This document shows positions 42,087 through 55,918 of a stretch of 64,000 nt of DNA, piece by piece. Under the pieces are notes generated by a model that made no database searches, was not told the origin of the DNA, and worked only from the letters and a program-made list of their open reading frames with translations. The DNA is from Eledone cirrhosa. Its lineage: Eukaryota. Positions within the stretch are counted from its first letter, which is position 1; each line of letters opens with the position of its first letter. The position numbers were made by a program, and so were the translations under genes. Location: positions 60,636,001 to 60,700,000 of the forward strand of contig OZ024740.1 in the NCBI GenBank assembly GCA_964016885.1, in the 5' to 3' direction.

Positions 42087-42893
42087 CCTGCATTTCTAAC
42101 CCTGTATATAGATATATTGTTATACATTGGGAGGGTCATGCTGCCAATAAAAACACACATACTATTTGAGTTTCACTTTGATATTATAATTTAGCATTGC
42201 TTAATTTAATAACCAGATGGTTGTTTAGTTGTTGATTGTCAAAGCTCTTTTGTCACACATTTTTTAAGCTCTTCAGTGACTAATATATATGTGTGTGTGT
42301 GCAACAGTTTTTCTTGCAGTTTCTGTCAACCAAATTTAATTATAAAACATTGATTACCCCATGCTTACTTGTCAAATTTCCATGTAGTTTAACTGAACTC
42401 ACAAAATGTGGTTCTGAAGCAAACTTCTTAACCACATAGCCATGCCTACACCTATATATATAAATGTATGGGTGTGTATGTGTGTGCATGTGTGTGTTCG
42501 TGTGTATGTGTGTATGCATGGGTGTGTGTATGCATGTGTGTGTGTGTGTGTAGGTGTGTGGGTGTGGGTGTGGGTGGGTGGGTGTTCATGAGTGTGTGTG
42601 TATGCATGTGTGTGTTTGTGTGTATGCATTTATATATTATATTCCAGTTAGATGTTCTTCCGCCAAATAAGAAAAGCTGACATACAAAAATATATTATGA
42701 AAGCCAATACAAATATTTGATCCTGTCTTTCAATAAATTTATTTTCAATTTTCAATAGTTTTACTACATAAAAAGTATTAAAATGAAATTAAACAATTTA
42801 ATAAATATTAATGAAATAAAGGACATAAAAAATAGTAAGAAAAGAAATTGGACATAGGGATTGAAAAACAAACAAAAATATTGTCATATTTAA

Positions 42894-43114
42894 CCCTTTA
42901 CCATTTAAACCGACCATAACCAGCCAGAATTCGCTTACCTCTTTCTGTTCAAACCAGTCATAACTGGCCACTCATACTGATGTTAATGTATTGTTCTCAA
43001 AATAAACAATATCAAAATCTCATAGATTTGAAATTATGTGAGATATTTATGTGAGGTAAAGCCTTTACCATGAAAATACAATAGTAAATATAGAGTAATG
43101 TGAATCCTAAAGGG
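42894..43114. mobile_element. piggyBac-type MITE
   Basis: TTAA|CCCTTTA ... TAAAGGG|TTAA. Confidence 0.55.
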
Positions 43115-43654
43115 TTAAAGAAAGAAGGAGAAAGGAAGGGAGCAATGAAGGAAGGAAGAATATCTAAATAAACATTCACATATAAACCAATCAATATCAT
43201 ACATCTTAAATTTGACAAACATTTCTTAAAATAGAAAAAAAAAAGGTTTACACAAAATCCAATATAGGTGAAATTTGACAATCAGAAATTTGTATTCAAA
43301 AATTTACATTGATATAATGTTCCAGTAGAGTGTATCTGCTGCCTCATTATGAAGATATATATTTAACTAAACAACAACAAAAGATTCTACAACCTACATA
43401 GCCTGACTTTCCTATTTATCATAAATTCTTGAATGCTACAGATGGACAGACACACTTACATTCATGTAACAATTCACATAATCTTCTGTATTTCTGAGCT
43501 GAAATTAAATGCTTTCTTTTGATTATGGCAAGATACATATGAATTATTAGAGTATGTTACAGTTACTTGTGCATTTCCTTTTAGATTGAACACATTTTTA
43601 TATAAATGTATGTCTACAATGTATGTAGGCGTTAGTCACACACATATGTATGTA

Positions 43655-43920
43655 TTATAATAATAATAATATAATAATAATGAAATCATTGTGTACACTG
43701 CTCAGGCGCACTACAACTCATCAAAGGTGCATATATAGTATTATGCATAATGTACAAATGTCAGGAAAGTGAATAGTGAATGAGTTATGATATACATGTG
43801 TGCGTATGTTTGGAGGGGGGATATCAGGTGTAGTGTTGGCAAATTTCAGGAAGCATGGAGGTTTTAAAGGATGCAGTGTCTTGGCAGCTAACAACTGATG
43901 CAGGTAGTTAGTTCCATGTA
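43655..43920 (-). mobile_element. CR1-group LINE 3' remnant
   Basis: WN*LPASVVSCQDTASFK resembles the WN.LP..VV...S...FK C-terminus; (TTA)n tail. Confidence 0.5.
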
Positions 43921-44431
43921 TGTATTATGTATGTATGTTTGTATGTATGTATGTATGTAGGATTTGGTCACACACATATGAATGTATGTATGCACAGGAA
44001 CATGAAAATACTCAGTTTGGTGCCACTGGGAGTGAGAGAGCACTAGTCCTTGTGAGGACATCATGCTAGGAGAAGGAAAACTCTGATGTAAAACCTGCAA
44101 TTCAATGGTATCCAATGATGTTGACCAGTTCTTCTTTTCAGATACCTGTTACTGTTATTCAGTGGGATTGGTCAATTACAAGGCCTTATTTCACTTTAAA
44201 AAAACTTCAAACACAGGCATCCCTTGATCTAAATGTCTTACATGTGTGTTGTATGAGCATGGCTGTCTATAGCTGAAAAGGTTTTTTTTGTGTTTTTTTT
44301 TTTTGCTATAGTATATGCAGAAAGGAATATAAGTCTTGGCAGGGCTAAAACGTTGCATTTGTGCTACCTATATATGAGAAAACGATCAAGTCATGGCAAT
44401 TCTTGAAATTGAGATGCACCCATTATGTATG

Positions 44432-45050
44432 TCATCATCATCATCATTTTAACCTCTGCTTTTTCACACTTGCATGGGTTGGATGGGCCTTTCTCAGCAT
44501 GGCATCTCACCACACATCGCAATCCTTTGTCATCACCTCTGTGAGTCTCAGTGGTTTGAGGTCCGCTCTCACCACCTCTGCCCAGGTCTTTCTTGGTCTA
44601 CCTCTACTGTAGCTTCCTTCCACTGGCATTTCTTGGCACTCCTTCACCTAACGATCATTGTCCATGTACATCACATGTCCAAACCAAAGCAGTCTTCTCT
44701 CCTGCACACCAACCTGGATTCCTCTTAAACACAGCTTTTCCCTCAACTTGTCCAAGCTCTGCCTTTCTCTCACATTTACATGGTACATCCAATGATGCAT
44801 GACTGCTTCATTTCTCTCCAGTCTGCACAGGTCTTCTGCAGTTACTGCCCATGTTTCACTACCATGCAGCATCTCACTTCACACACAGGCCTCATACAGA
44901 CATCCTCAATTGCCAGCCTTTACTTTGCTTGTTGCTCCTTTATACATGGCCTGCATGGCCCCCACAAGCCATTTGCCTATACCTAATTTTCCAAGTGCCC
45001 ACCAGATTACAGTGTATGGGACCCTGTCAAATGCCTTTTCCAGATCTACA
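44432..45050 (-). mobile_element. Old, internally deleted RTE copy
   Basis: DLEKAFDRVP fused to MLHGSETWAV..RRLLWFGHV. Confidence 0.8.
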
Positions 45051-45790
45051 GTATCTAATCTAATCTGGCCAAGTTTACACTAGCAAATAAGAAGAAATAA
45101 GGCCACCCCTAGGAGCATAGGATTTGGTGTACTTCATATTTGTTTCGGTTGCTGAATACAATCAGGGGTCACTGCTTCTCATGAAGGTCAATAGTTCCCT
45201 TCTAACTCGAGCGGGAACGCCTTTCCATTGTCAATTTGCATTGATCATCTGCAAAGCCACATTGTTCTCAGAAGCACTACACCAGTCTTTCGATGCGTGC
45301 AGCTGGAACTACTGCCACCCATTGATTTGGCAGGATTGCAGCTCATTTCTACAGCTGAGTAAACTGGAGCAATGTGAAATAAAGTGTCTTGCTCAAGGAG
45401 ACAACACATCACTCGGTCTGAGAATCGAACTCACAATCTTTCGATTGCAAGCCCAATGCTCGAACCACTAAGCCATGTGCCTTCACGGTACAGTAGCTTA
45501 CTCTTAACTAAGTGAAGTCATTTAATTTGTGTTCATTAAGTGGGAAGTTAATTTTCAGAAGGGTTTGGATTAAGTTACTAGTTAATTTCAACGATTCGTC
45601 CAAACCCATGCAAGCATGGAAGATGGATGTTAGACGATGATGATGATGATGATGATTCAATTTAACTGGTTCTGGTTTATATTGTTATATAAGTTTGCTT
45701 GAGTCTATGGATAGTATTGATTTGGTGCAGATTTGTTAGCGTTCAAGTTAAGGCAACTCGCCCCCTCAATCTATTTTATTTCTCATTCTT

Positions 45791-45826
45791 TCTTCTGATG
45801 AAGGACTAGCATCCTAAACGTTAAGA
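45791..45826 (+). ncRNA. Degenerate minimal hammerhead (Penelope pLTR type)
   Basis: TCTT-CTGATGA-AGGA ctagca TCCT-AAAC GTT-AAGA; G12 of GAAA is lost. Confidence 0.5.
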
Positions 45827-45909
45827 CCCTCTTCCTGCTATATTGTTAACCTAATATATCCCCTCCATGTACTGTACCGATTGTGTTGTTATTTCTGTTT
45901 ACCTTTTAC

Positions 45910-45940
<31 letters not shown>

Positions 45941-45948
45941 TATAAATG

Positions 45949-45980
<32 letters not shown>

Positions 45981-45982
45981 AA

Positions 45983-46053
<71 letters not shown>

Positions 46054-46164
46054 GTGTGTGTGTGTATATATATATATTTATATATATATATATAAATGTG
46101 TGTGTGTGTATGATGATGTGTGTTTTTGTTTTCAAATCCACATTCAATAAAAACACCAGGATTT

Positions 46165-46224
46165 TTTCATTCTGATGACTGAAAGCAGATTTGTTTGCTT
46201 TCAAGAAACCACTGGTAAATGAAA
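46165..46224 (+). ncRNA. Type I hammerhead ribozyme with long stem II
   Basis: TTTCATT-CTGATGA-cTGAAAGCAGA..TTTGCTTTCAa-GAAA CC act GG TA^AATGAAA. Confidence 0.7.
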
Positions 46225-46287
46225 TAATTATCTTATGTTGTTTATTACATAACTATATATATATGTATATAAATGTGTGTGTATATA

Positions 46288-46358
<71 letters not shown>

Positions 46359-46433
46359 TCTTTTACCTGTTCCAGCCATCCGCCTGAGGCCATCTTGGGG
46401 CACCGCCATACATATATATATATATACATATAT

Positions 46434-46827
46434 GGAGGCACATGGCTTAGTGGTGAGAGCATTGGCCTTGCAATCAAAAGGTTGTGAGTTCAATTCTCAG
46501 ACCGGGTGATGTGTTGTTTCCTTGAGCAAGACACTTTATTTCACATTGCTCCAGTTTACTCAACTGTAGAAATGAGATAATAGAGACTGGGGTCCATATC
46601 ATTCCACTGCAAAGTGGTCGTGGAGGTGCCACGGCAAAAAAGCACCCAGCCCACACTGTAAAGTGGAAGTGTAGGTGCCACGGAAAAAAAAGCACCCAGC
46701 ACTCACTGTAAATGAGGTTGATGTTAGGAAGGGCATCCAGCTTTAGAAATCAAGTCAGAATCAGTTCCCGTCCCACCCTTGCAAGCAGGGAAAAGTGGAC
46801 GTAAAATGAAATGATGATGATGATGAT
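46434..46827 (+). mobile_element. SINE family 2 (tRNA head, CORE-like domain, RTE-derived tail), full length
   Basis: TGGCTTAGTGG A box, GAGTTCAATTC B box, CCTTGAGCAAGACACTTTA core, (GAT)n tail. Confidence 0.85.
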
Positions 46828-46837
46828 ATATATATAT

Positions 46838-47340
46838 CGACTTGATAAATTCCGACCTCACACACTTACACCTCTCCAAGACAATGTCACTGGACCGAGA
46901 TCTTTGGCGCTACACAGTAATAGAGAAGACCCGCCTTACCTAAGTACAAAGTGTAACCTACTACAGTCAGTAGGCATCTCTAACAAAATACACCCCCGTC
47001 CCACTACCCCCACCCCATCCACACCACCCCTTTCAATGTAAAGTTATGTTGGTACCACAACATCCAGCCCGAAACAAATGAGGTAGTGTAGGTGTCACGA
47101 CAAAAAAACACACAGTCCACGCTGTAATGTGGCCATGTAGGTAACACGGTAAAAACCTCCCAGTTCCACACTGTAAATGTGGTTGGTGTTAGGAAGGGCA
47201 TCCAGCTGTAGAAAACCCACCAGACAGTCCTATGCGAGCAAGACAACCACTCTTGCCTCAAGTGGGAAAACTCCCGTCCAAACCCATGCAAGCGTGGAAT
47301 ATGGACGTTAAACGATGATGATGATGATGATGATGATGAT
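46838..47340 (+). mobile_element. RTE subfamily 1 3' end
   Basis: Matches the 3' UTR and tail of the other copies. Confidence 0.9.
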
Positions 47341-47501
47341 ACATGTATCGTTCAGGCTTTGGGAGTTAACTCCCTTACTTTCTTTTCATATCAACAGAAG
47401 GGAGTTTGGGCTTTCAAATTGCAAAGACATTGTCAGTTGGGGGAAATTTTTCCCTACTCTCCATATTCAGACTGCAAAACTCTATTTGTGTGTGTGTGTG
47501 C

Positions 47502-47538
<37 letters not shown>

Positions 47539-48039
47539 AGAAACATCCTTTCTTTCAAGCTTATTTCATTATAAACAGGATTTAGAAAATGTTTTACAAC
47601 CTTTTTTCTGTATTTCATTATAATTTTTCTCTATTTTTTTTTCTGCTGCTTGTTTCTTTTTTAATGTTTGTTCTTGTTTTTATTTAAGAAATTGTACACA
47701 CAGACAGACACGTGTGTGTGTGTGGTGAGGTACCTTTGGCATATTGTATCAGCATTCCAAGGTGACATGTCTTCTATTTTCTGGACATCTACCCTCACAG
47801 TGAAGTATGCTGAGTGTGTCATTTTTTTTTCTTTTATGAATTGCTTAGTCTGTAAGATAGAATAATACAAAACAATGAAGTGATGTTTTAATGATGTATG
47901 TATGTGTGTATGTATCTGTGTGTGTTTCTATGTGTGTGTGTATGTATGTATGTATGCATGTATGTAAGTGTGTTTGTGTATGCATCTTTGTATGTATATA
48001 TGTATGTATGTGTATGTTTGTATATGTATATATGTATGT

Positions 48040-48845
48040 ATATCCCTTTCTCTTAATTTCGAGTATATTTTTTTGACCGGCCACCTTCCTGGTGGCAAGG
48101 TTGTAAAAGAAAAGAAATTGTCATCCCTTGAATCGCAAGAATGTTTTGCAAATTTTGAAGGTGACAGCTATCGCAGCCATTTGTAGACTATGAATTAGGG
48201 AGCTGCGCTCTTTGTCCACAAATCCAAGTTCAGTCATACTTTGGTCCAAACGGGTTGGTATATAACCCGTAGCTCCAATAATGATGGGTATGAAGCTAAA
48301 GGTGTATCTTGGATACTGGATTTGTAAACTCCTCATCAATGGTCCGTAGATGTCCTCCTTCTCCTGCATTTTTCTGACAACGTTTACATCAAGTGGGCAG
48401 TTGATCTCCACAACAGAACACGTTTTCAATGTGTGGTCCCAAACTACAATATCAGGCCGGTTGTGCTTTAATTTGGTGACAGTTTTTATTTTCAGGTTCC
48501 ACCAGTATTCCTTAGTGCCATCTGTCTCAATATATTCTTCCTCGTTTGTTTTTAATTTTGTTTTCCGAAGTGCATTCCAGATGGTTCTAGCTATTCCATC
48601 GTGTCTCATGGGGAGGTAGTAGCGAGATGACATTCTTTCGCAGCTGGCAACAATGTGGCTTACATCCTCGATCTTTGTTTTACATAGCCTGCATTTATTG
48701 TCAGCTGATGGCCCTCCCCTTTTGTGCAGCAGATATTTGGTAGGGAGTTCTTGTTCCTGTATTGCATAGGGATCTCCCTCAAGGTGTGATGTCATAAACT
48801 TGTCGGACCTCCATGCCAGGCTTTTTGAGTGGTTTTTCCGCTCTA
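48040..48845 (-). mobile_element. R4/Dong-like non-LTR element, 5'-truncated; ORF 48121-48795 (zinc knuckle plus restriction-like endonuclease)
   Basis: AIQEQ, CRLC..H....C, RHD, NRPDIVV..VE..P, K..KY-like EKEDIY, PIIIGATG. Confidence 0.9.
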
Positions 48846-48857
48846 TGGTCTGTGTTT

Positions 48858-48889
<32 letters not shown>

Positions 48890-48899
48890 TGTATGTATG

Positions 48900-49515
48900 T
48901 TGTGTCAGGTCACCAGTTGGTGCTACTGGTAACATGTATCCCAGTACAACCTGTCTCATGGTCGGGTCGTTGGCGACTAAACTGGCAACCCCACCAAGGT
49001 TTCTTGGTGAGGAGGGTGACTTTGGACATCCTGCAGGACTAAAAACAAAACCTGTCAAAGGGCAAAGGAGCTCTTAAGAGTCAATGGCCTTCCAAAATCA
49101 CCGGGAGAGATGACCCCTTAGCCTTTGTCAAGGCAGAATTCTAGGAGAAGGAAAACTCTGATATAACACCTGCAACCCTGATGGTATCCAATGATGTTGA
49201 CTTGTTCTTCTTTTTGGTAAATATCATCTTGGTTAAGAGAGTGGGACTGGCTTTGTGCAATGCCTTTGCTCACTATAAAAGCTTCACGGCACAGGCATTG
49301 CTTTATATCTGGAGATCTCTCTGCACTTGTCATCACATGGTACCATGGGCCCAGCACTGTGTGTCAATAATTGTCACAGGTGTAGTGTTTGTACCAGAGT
49401 TTTCAAGTCGCTGGCTGGACTCAAAAGTCACACTCGTTCAGCGCATCGGTAGGGGTCCTCCTACATGGATATAAAGTAGTGGCCGTACTCGAAAACGAGT
49501 TGGCAGCCACCATGT
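48900..49515 (+). mobile_element. Bipartite internally deleted RTE derivative (5' UTR plus C2H2 3' end)
   Basis: CTAGGAGAAGGAAAACTCTGA (RTE 5'UTR-like, also at about 44066) joined to CSVC-TRV-F-KSLAG-L-KS-H-TRSA-H* (49381-49452) and a (TATG)n tail. Confidence 0.6.
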
Positions 49516-50409
49516 ATGTATGTATGTATGTACATATACACATACATACATATACACATACATACATAAAAACACACATACACACACGTATACATACATG
49601 TGTGTATGTGTGTTTGTATGTATGTATGTGTATTTGTACGTATGTGTGTGGGTATGTGTATATGTATGTATGTATGCTTGTATGTGTACATGCATGTATG
49701 TATGTATGTGTGTTTGTATGTATGTATGAATGAATGTATGTGTGTATGCATGTGTATGTATGTATGTGTGCATGCATGCATATGAGTATGTGTATGTAAG
49801 TATATACATATGTATGTAGAGAAGTTGCATTAATGTATTAAAGAGTAATTTTTACCAGATTAGGTCTGTTTCCCTCAGTTAAGAAGGTAATGCAAAGCAA
49901 AGCAGTGACATACAAAAGCCTCAGCTTCAAATGTATATAAATACAATACATATACACATGTACAAACATAAGGAAAAGTAATTAATACATAAAATAGACT
50001 TAATAATTCTTTCTAACATTGACTCAAGGTCAGCAATTAGGTAATAAGAGAAAGTCAATTACATCAACCTAGGTACTTAATTAGTATTTTATTTTATCAA
50101 CTCTTTATGAAAGGCAAAATTTACTTCACCTGCAGGAGTAGAATTAGAACTTAAGGGCTCTGGGGCAGTTCAGGTTTGGTGGGCAACTCTCATGTAACAA
50201 CACACACACATATATCATCATCACCATTTTATGTCCATTTTTCGATGCTTGCATGGGTCAGACGGGTCGTACGCGTCGAGAGAGAAGTCTGGCCAGGATT
50301 GATCACGTTCTACCTTGCTCTGACGGGACTGTGAATTTGGCTGGGGTTTTTTACACCAAAGTCACCATTTTATGTCCATTTTTCCATGCTAGCATGGGTT
50401 ATATATATA

Positions 50410-50458
<49 letters not shown>

Positions 50459-53400
50459 TCATAAGCAGAGAGAGAGAGCAGAAATTGAATAAAGAGAAAA
50501 AGATTTGAATTTCTTCAAATAGTAATTCCTGAGGTCAAATAATGGAGATATCAAAGGAATCGTTCATTCTGTAGATACACACACACAGGCATATAACCAC
50601 ACATACACTCTCATACGTATATATGCACATCAAGCACCATCATTGATAAAAGGTAACAAGAACTCTGTTTGAAGTGGGGGCCCTGATCGAAGGAAAGGAG
50701 GTGGCAGGGTATTCGCCCCCAACAGCCCCTGATAAATTCAGCCTAGCCATCTGGGTTTTGAACTCAAAGTAGAAAATCATAACTAAATACTACCGATTCT
50801 GCCAAACCACTACCCTAAAAAGAGTTAATAATTATTTGTACTTTAGGCACAAAGTCAGTAATTTGGGGGAGAGGAAAGTCGATTATATAGATCCCAATAC
50901 TTGGCTGGTACTTTATTTTATTAATCTCAGAAGGATAAAAGGCAAAGTTGACCTCAGTGAGGTTTCAAACTAGAATGTGAATAGAGCACTAGGAAATACT
51001 GCATGCATTTCATCCAACTCTCTAACAACTCTAAACTAATATGCATTGCACCTAGGAGTTGGATCATACTCTTGTTCAGTGCTTTGTTGCCAATCCTGTC
51101 AGCACCATCTTAGTCACTTAGATTGCCAAGTTGCCCTTATGATGTGTCTCCAGCTGTGATTATACAGTTATAGTGCATATATTACACTGATACAAGTCAA
51201 CACAGAAACCATTGCTGATGTGAGTCCAAGTGATCATCATCATAGGCTAGTGATGCAGTAGAAGCTATGTGAAATCATGCCTCCAAATCTGTGAGCAACT
51301 GATTGACCCGTTGGAAATTTGTAACCAATAATTCTATTGTTCAGAAAATCATCATCATTATTTAACATTTGTTTTCCTTGCAAGCAGGGGTTGGACTGCA
51401 TGTGACAGACCACATCAGAACTACTTAATCAGAACTACTGAGCTCTCAAATGGTCCAAGGCTTGCATCTTGCTTAGATATGTTTTTTGTATTCTATAGAG
51501 TGCAAAGAGTTCATTTTATCATGGTACCAGCACTAGGGAGGTGCTTTCATCTTTGACACAACTGAAGAATCTTCCTGACCCTTTATTGAGTGTAACATTG
51601 CCTTGAGATACTTGAACTTCTCCTCCTACTTCACTGGAACTCTGCTCACAGAAAGAGTGCAGAGTGCAGGCTTCCTTGAGAGAATGAGTGTCTCAGTCTT
51701 TGCAGCAATAATTTTCATTCCTGCCATGCAGCACTCAGCAGCAAACCTTTCAAGTGCATCTCAGAGATTACCATCTTAGCCGCAAATTCTAGCCGACTGA
51801 TCTTACATTCGCCAGTTCTGTTACCACTTCCAACCTAGCTGCACATGTCAATCCTGCATTACTAAAGATAATTGTGAACTTATTATTGTTTTAGAACAAG
51901 GTTATAATTATGTTTGTATAGAGAATGATTTTACTGTCATCAGTATTATCATAATTTTTAAGTTCATTGTTGCAAGTTGGCATGGGCTACACACTAGTGT
52001 CTGTAACGCAATTGTTTTCATTTGTTTACACATCTCTAAATTTTTAAACATCTTTGCAGCATATATCACTATGAATTATGCAAAAACATTTCTAATAAAA
52101 TTACCAGATTTTAATCTTAGGGGAAGATTTCTCTGCCGCACTCTCAAATATACTCTACTTTATGCCTTGCCTGTGTCACTAAATTCTTGTAAAACATGCA
52201 CACACACACATTTTTAAGTGATGTATTATACCAGGAACTAATCATTTAAATCTTAAGCTTGGCCACATGCTGTGTTGATTGGCCTCCACCAACTCTGCAT
52301 TCCTTCACTTCTAGCATCTCACAAAGATCTATTATCTCCCCTACTCTCTCTCTTCTCTACATCATTATTTTTTTGTCAATTACTTCTAACCTCATACAAT
52401 TTTACCAACCATTGCAGATTCTTCATTTCCTATTACCACATTTCCTTACAATGTAATGTCACACCTGAATATCTTTTGCAGTGCCTAACCTTTCTTTTTA
52501 AATTATTACACTGAAACAAACACTTACATGGTTACCTTTCGGCAAGAGAAATAAATGATCAACTATCAACTGAACATTTAGACAAAATATCTATGGAGTT
52601 TTTTGGGTGCTATAAACCAGATTCACTTTTATACCATGTAGTATCATTAAATTTTAATGCTAAATCCATAGGTAACTACTCATATGTATATTAAGTTATC
52701 TCTAGGAGTAACACAGTGATTCCTGCAATAGTAATAAGCTTATTGGCAATATATTGGTTGATTGTTCTGAAGTGACAGAATTTATCATTATTCATGAATA
52801 AAATTTATTTTTAACACTACTTTAAATCAATGAATATATCATGTTATTACATTGCTAAAAATATGTTTGCCTTAGGGACTAAAATAATTCTACAATGAAA
52901 AGCAGCCAGATTCATCTCCTGATTTCTAATATTAATATTGCGTTTTTAATTTTTCCTCTTCCAAATTACCTTAAAAATTCAAATTAAAAAAATATTCACA
53001 ATTTTTTTTCCAATCTGATATTAACAGCAGTGAGTTGTCTTTTCTGCATATCAAGTAAGTTATAGAAGCCAAATTTTTCAATTATTGATTTGTCTAGAAA
53101 ACATTTTAGTTAGCTAGAATCTTTGTATTCATCTTCATCCTTTATCAGAGATACAGATTTTAGAAACCACTTCCTCTTCACTTATTTTGCACCTGTTTAG
53201 AATACTCATGTGCTATTTGTAAATCTCATTTTCCTTTTAAATTCTGTTTAATGTTATTATAAGCAGCTTTTTAAAATTTTGTTTAGTCTTCTGACTCATT
53301 TCAACATGTTTATTTTATTAAAATAGTCATAACATAACAAATGCTCTTGATTATATTTCTAAATAATATAGTTTTGTGTTTTGGAGTTACTGCTAAAATA

Positions 53401-53896
53401 TTCCTTTCTGAAAAAAAAAAATATATATATAATAATTTAAAAATATGATTATAGAGATGTTTATCAAATTAAAAATAATATTCAAAAGTAATAACAAACA
53501 CAACATATATGTTTGGATGCATGTGTGTATGCATTTGTGTGTGTGTAAATGTGTGTGTGTGTGAAAGAGAGAGAGAGAGATATATAATGAGTGAGTGAGT
53601 GAGTGAGTGTGTGTGTATGTGCAACCCAAAATATAAATTTCGATTTCTTTTGGCTATGCATAGTGCCAATTTTTGGCAGAAAAAAAGATATTGGTGAACT
53701 GTGGGTCTAATCTTGGTAACATAGGTGGTACCTATATTATTGAGCCCCAAGTAACAAAATTCAAAGTTGACTCAATCAGGTTTCCAGCTTACAATTGTTT
53801 TATTTGTATCACCACCATCTGGATATCCTTAAAATATTAGATAATATTTTGACTAGGATGTTAGAGAAAATAATAATTAGAAGTATAAGTAATATA

Positions 53897-54088
53897 ATTG
53901 TTTCTACTTTTGGCACAAGGCCAGCAATTATCCCAGTGTATTACTGGTACTTTATTTTATCAACCCCATAAGGATGAAAGGCAAAGTTTACCTCGGCGGG
54001 ATTTGAACTCAGACCATAAAGGGTTGTAACTCTTTACTGCAAAGCATGGCGTCCGACCCTCTACCGATACTGCCAATCCACCACCCTT
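53897..54088 (-). mobile_element. SINE family 1
   Basis: Reverse-complement consensus. Confidence 0.85.
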
Positions 54089-54233
54089 GCCAATATAATA
54101 TTCAGTAGTTTCAACTGATAATTCAAACAAGCTCATGTACCTGATACATTAGATGGTTACTTGAAATATTAAAAACATTGATTTCTTTTTATTATTATTA
54201 ATTTCATAGTATTATATATATATATATATAATA

Positions 54234-54458
54234 CAGGGTGTCCACAAAAAATGTATACACACTTCAACAGCCAAAAATAATGCATTAAAATAAATTCTAT
54301 TTTATATGCATTATTTAAATTATGTAAACATTTTTGGGTGTTTACATACAACTGAATTATGTCTGTAGATTATTTTGTTTTGGGGAAAGGCTGTGCATTC
54401 TAATAAATATTGCCTGTACAGGTAATCAAAGTGTGTATACACTTTTTGGGACACCCAA
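54234..54458. mobile_element. Tc1/mariner-type MITE in (TA)n
   Basis: TIR CAGGGTGTCC.CAAAAA.TGTATACACACTT and its complement. Confidence 0.8.
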
Positions 54459-54984
54459 TATATATATATATATATATGGTATACATGGCAATGTGTACCC
54501 AGTTTAGAATAGGTTACAATGAAGAATTGAAATTGGTATCTTGCTGAATCCTAAATTCCAAAAAATATAACTAACATTACAAATTCTTTTAAACAGAAAT
54601 ATCTCACTTATAATAATGTGTTATAAAACACATCTTCACATATAATTCATAAAACAGTGACTATTGTAAAGACTTTCCAGTGGCATTAAACCATGTGAGG
54701 AAGTTTAAACAAAAAAATAAGATACTGACTCATATTGTACAGCTGCCATTAATCTATGGTACTCTATACATCTCTAAAACATTTCAATCCTTTCCATCCA
54801 CTGTAAATAGATATAAATCAACATGTGTTATATACTTCTCAATATGTGTACATACATATCAATATAAACACGAACCTCAAACATGAACATATATTACTTA
54901 TTGAAAGCCAGCAAATAGAAAAGAATACAAAATATTTTGCTAGCAACTACCAACCATATATATATATATATATATGTGTGTATA

Positions 54985-55633
<649 letters not shown>

Positions 55634-55857
55634 GTAAACGGAATAGAAAATGCTGACAAATTGTTCACAGTTGAAAAATGGTTTAATTAGGAATAAAAGA
55701 GTATTAGTGATTGTATGGGTTAGTATTCAGTTGTGGTTTTAAGTTTTTACCGGTTGGGCATTCCTAAATGCTTTTCAAAAATAATTTTGAGATAGAGTGT
55801 CCGTGCTGTTTGATCTGATATATATATAGTTATGTAATAAACAACATAAGGCAATTA

Positions 55858-55918
55858 TTTCATTTACCAGTGCTTTCTTAAAAGCAAACAAATTTTGCTT
55901 TCAATCATCAGAATGAAA
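55858..55918 (-). ncRNA. Type I hammerhead, paralog of 46165-46224
   Basis: TTTCATT-CTGATGA-TTGAAAGCAAA..TTTGCTTTTAA-GAAA gCACTG GTA-AATGAAA; the C>G change breaks stem III. Confidence 0.6.

Noticed and set aside
46434-46510. tRNA gene
   Set aside because: It is the tRNA-derived head of a SINE and continues into the CORE-like body and LINE tail
48935-48996. HDV-like ribozyme in the RTE 5'UTR-like region (CCAGT..GG..CTAA-ACTGG)
   Set aside because: P2 and J4/2 fit, but P1 and P3 cannot be formed with correct spacing
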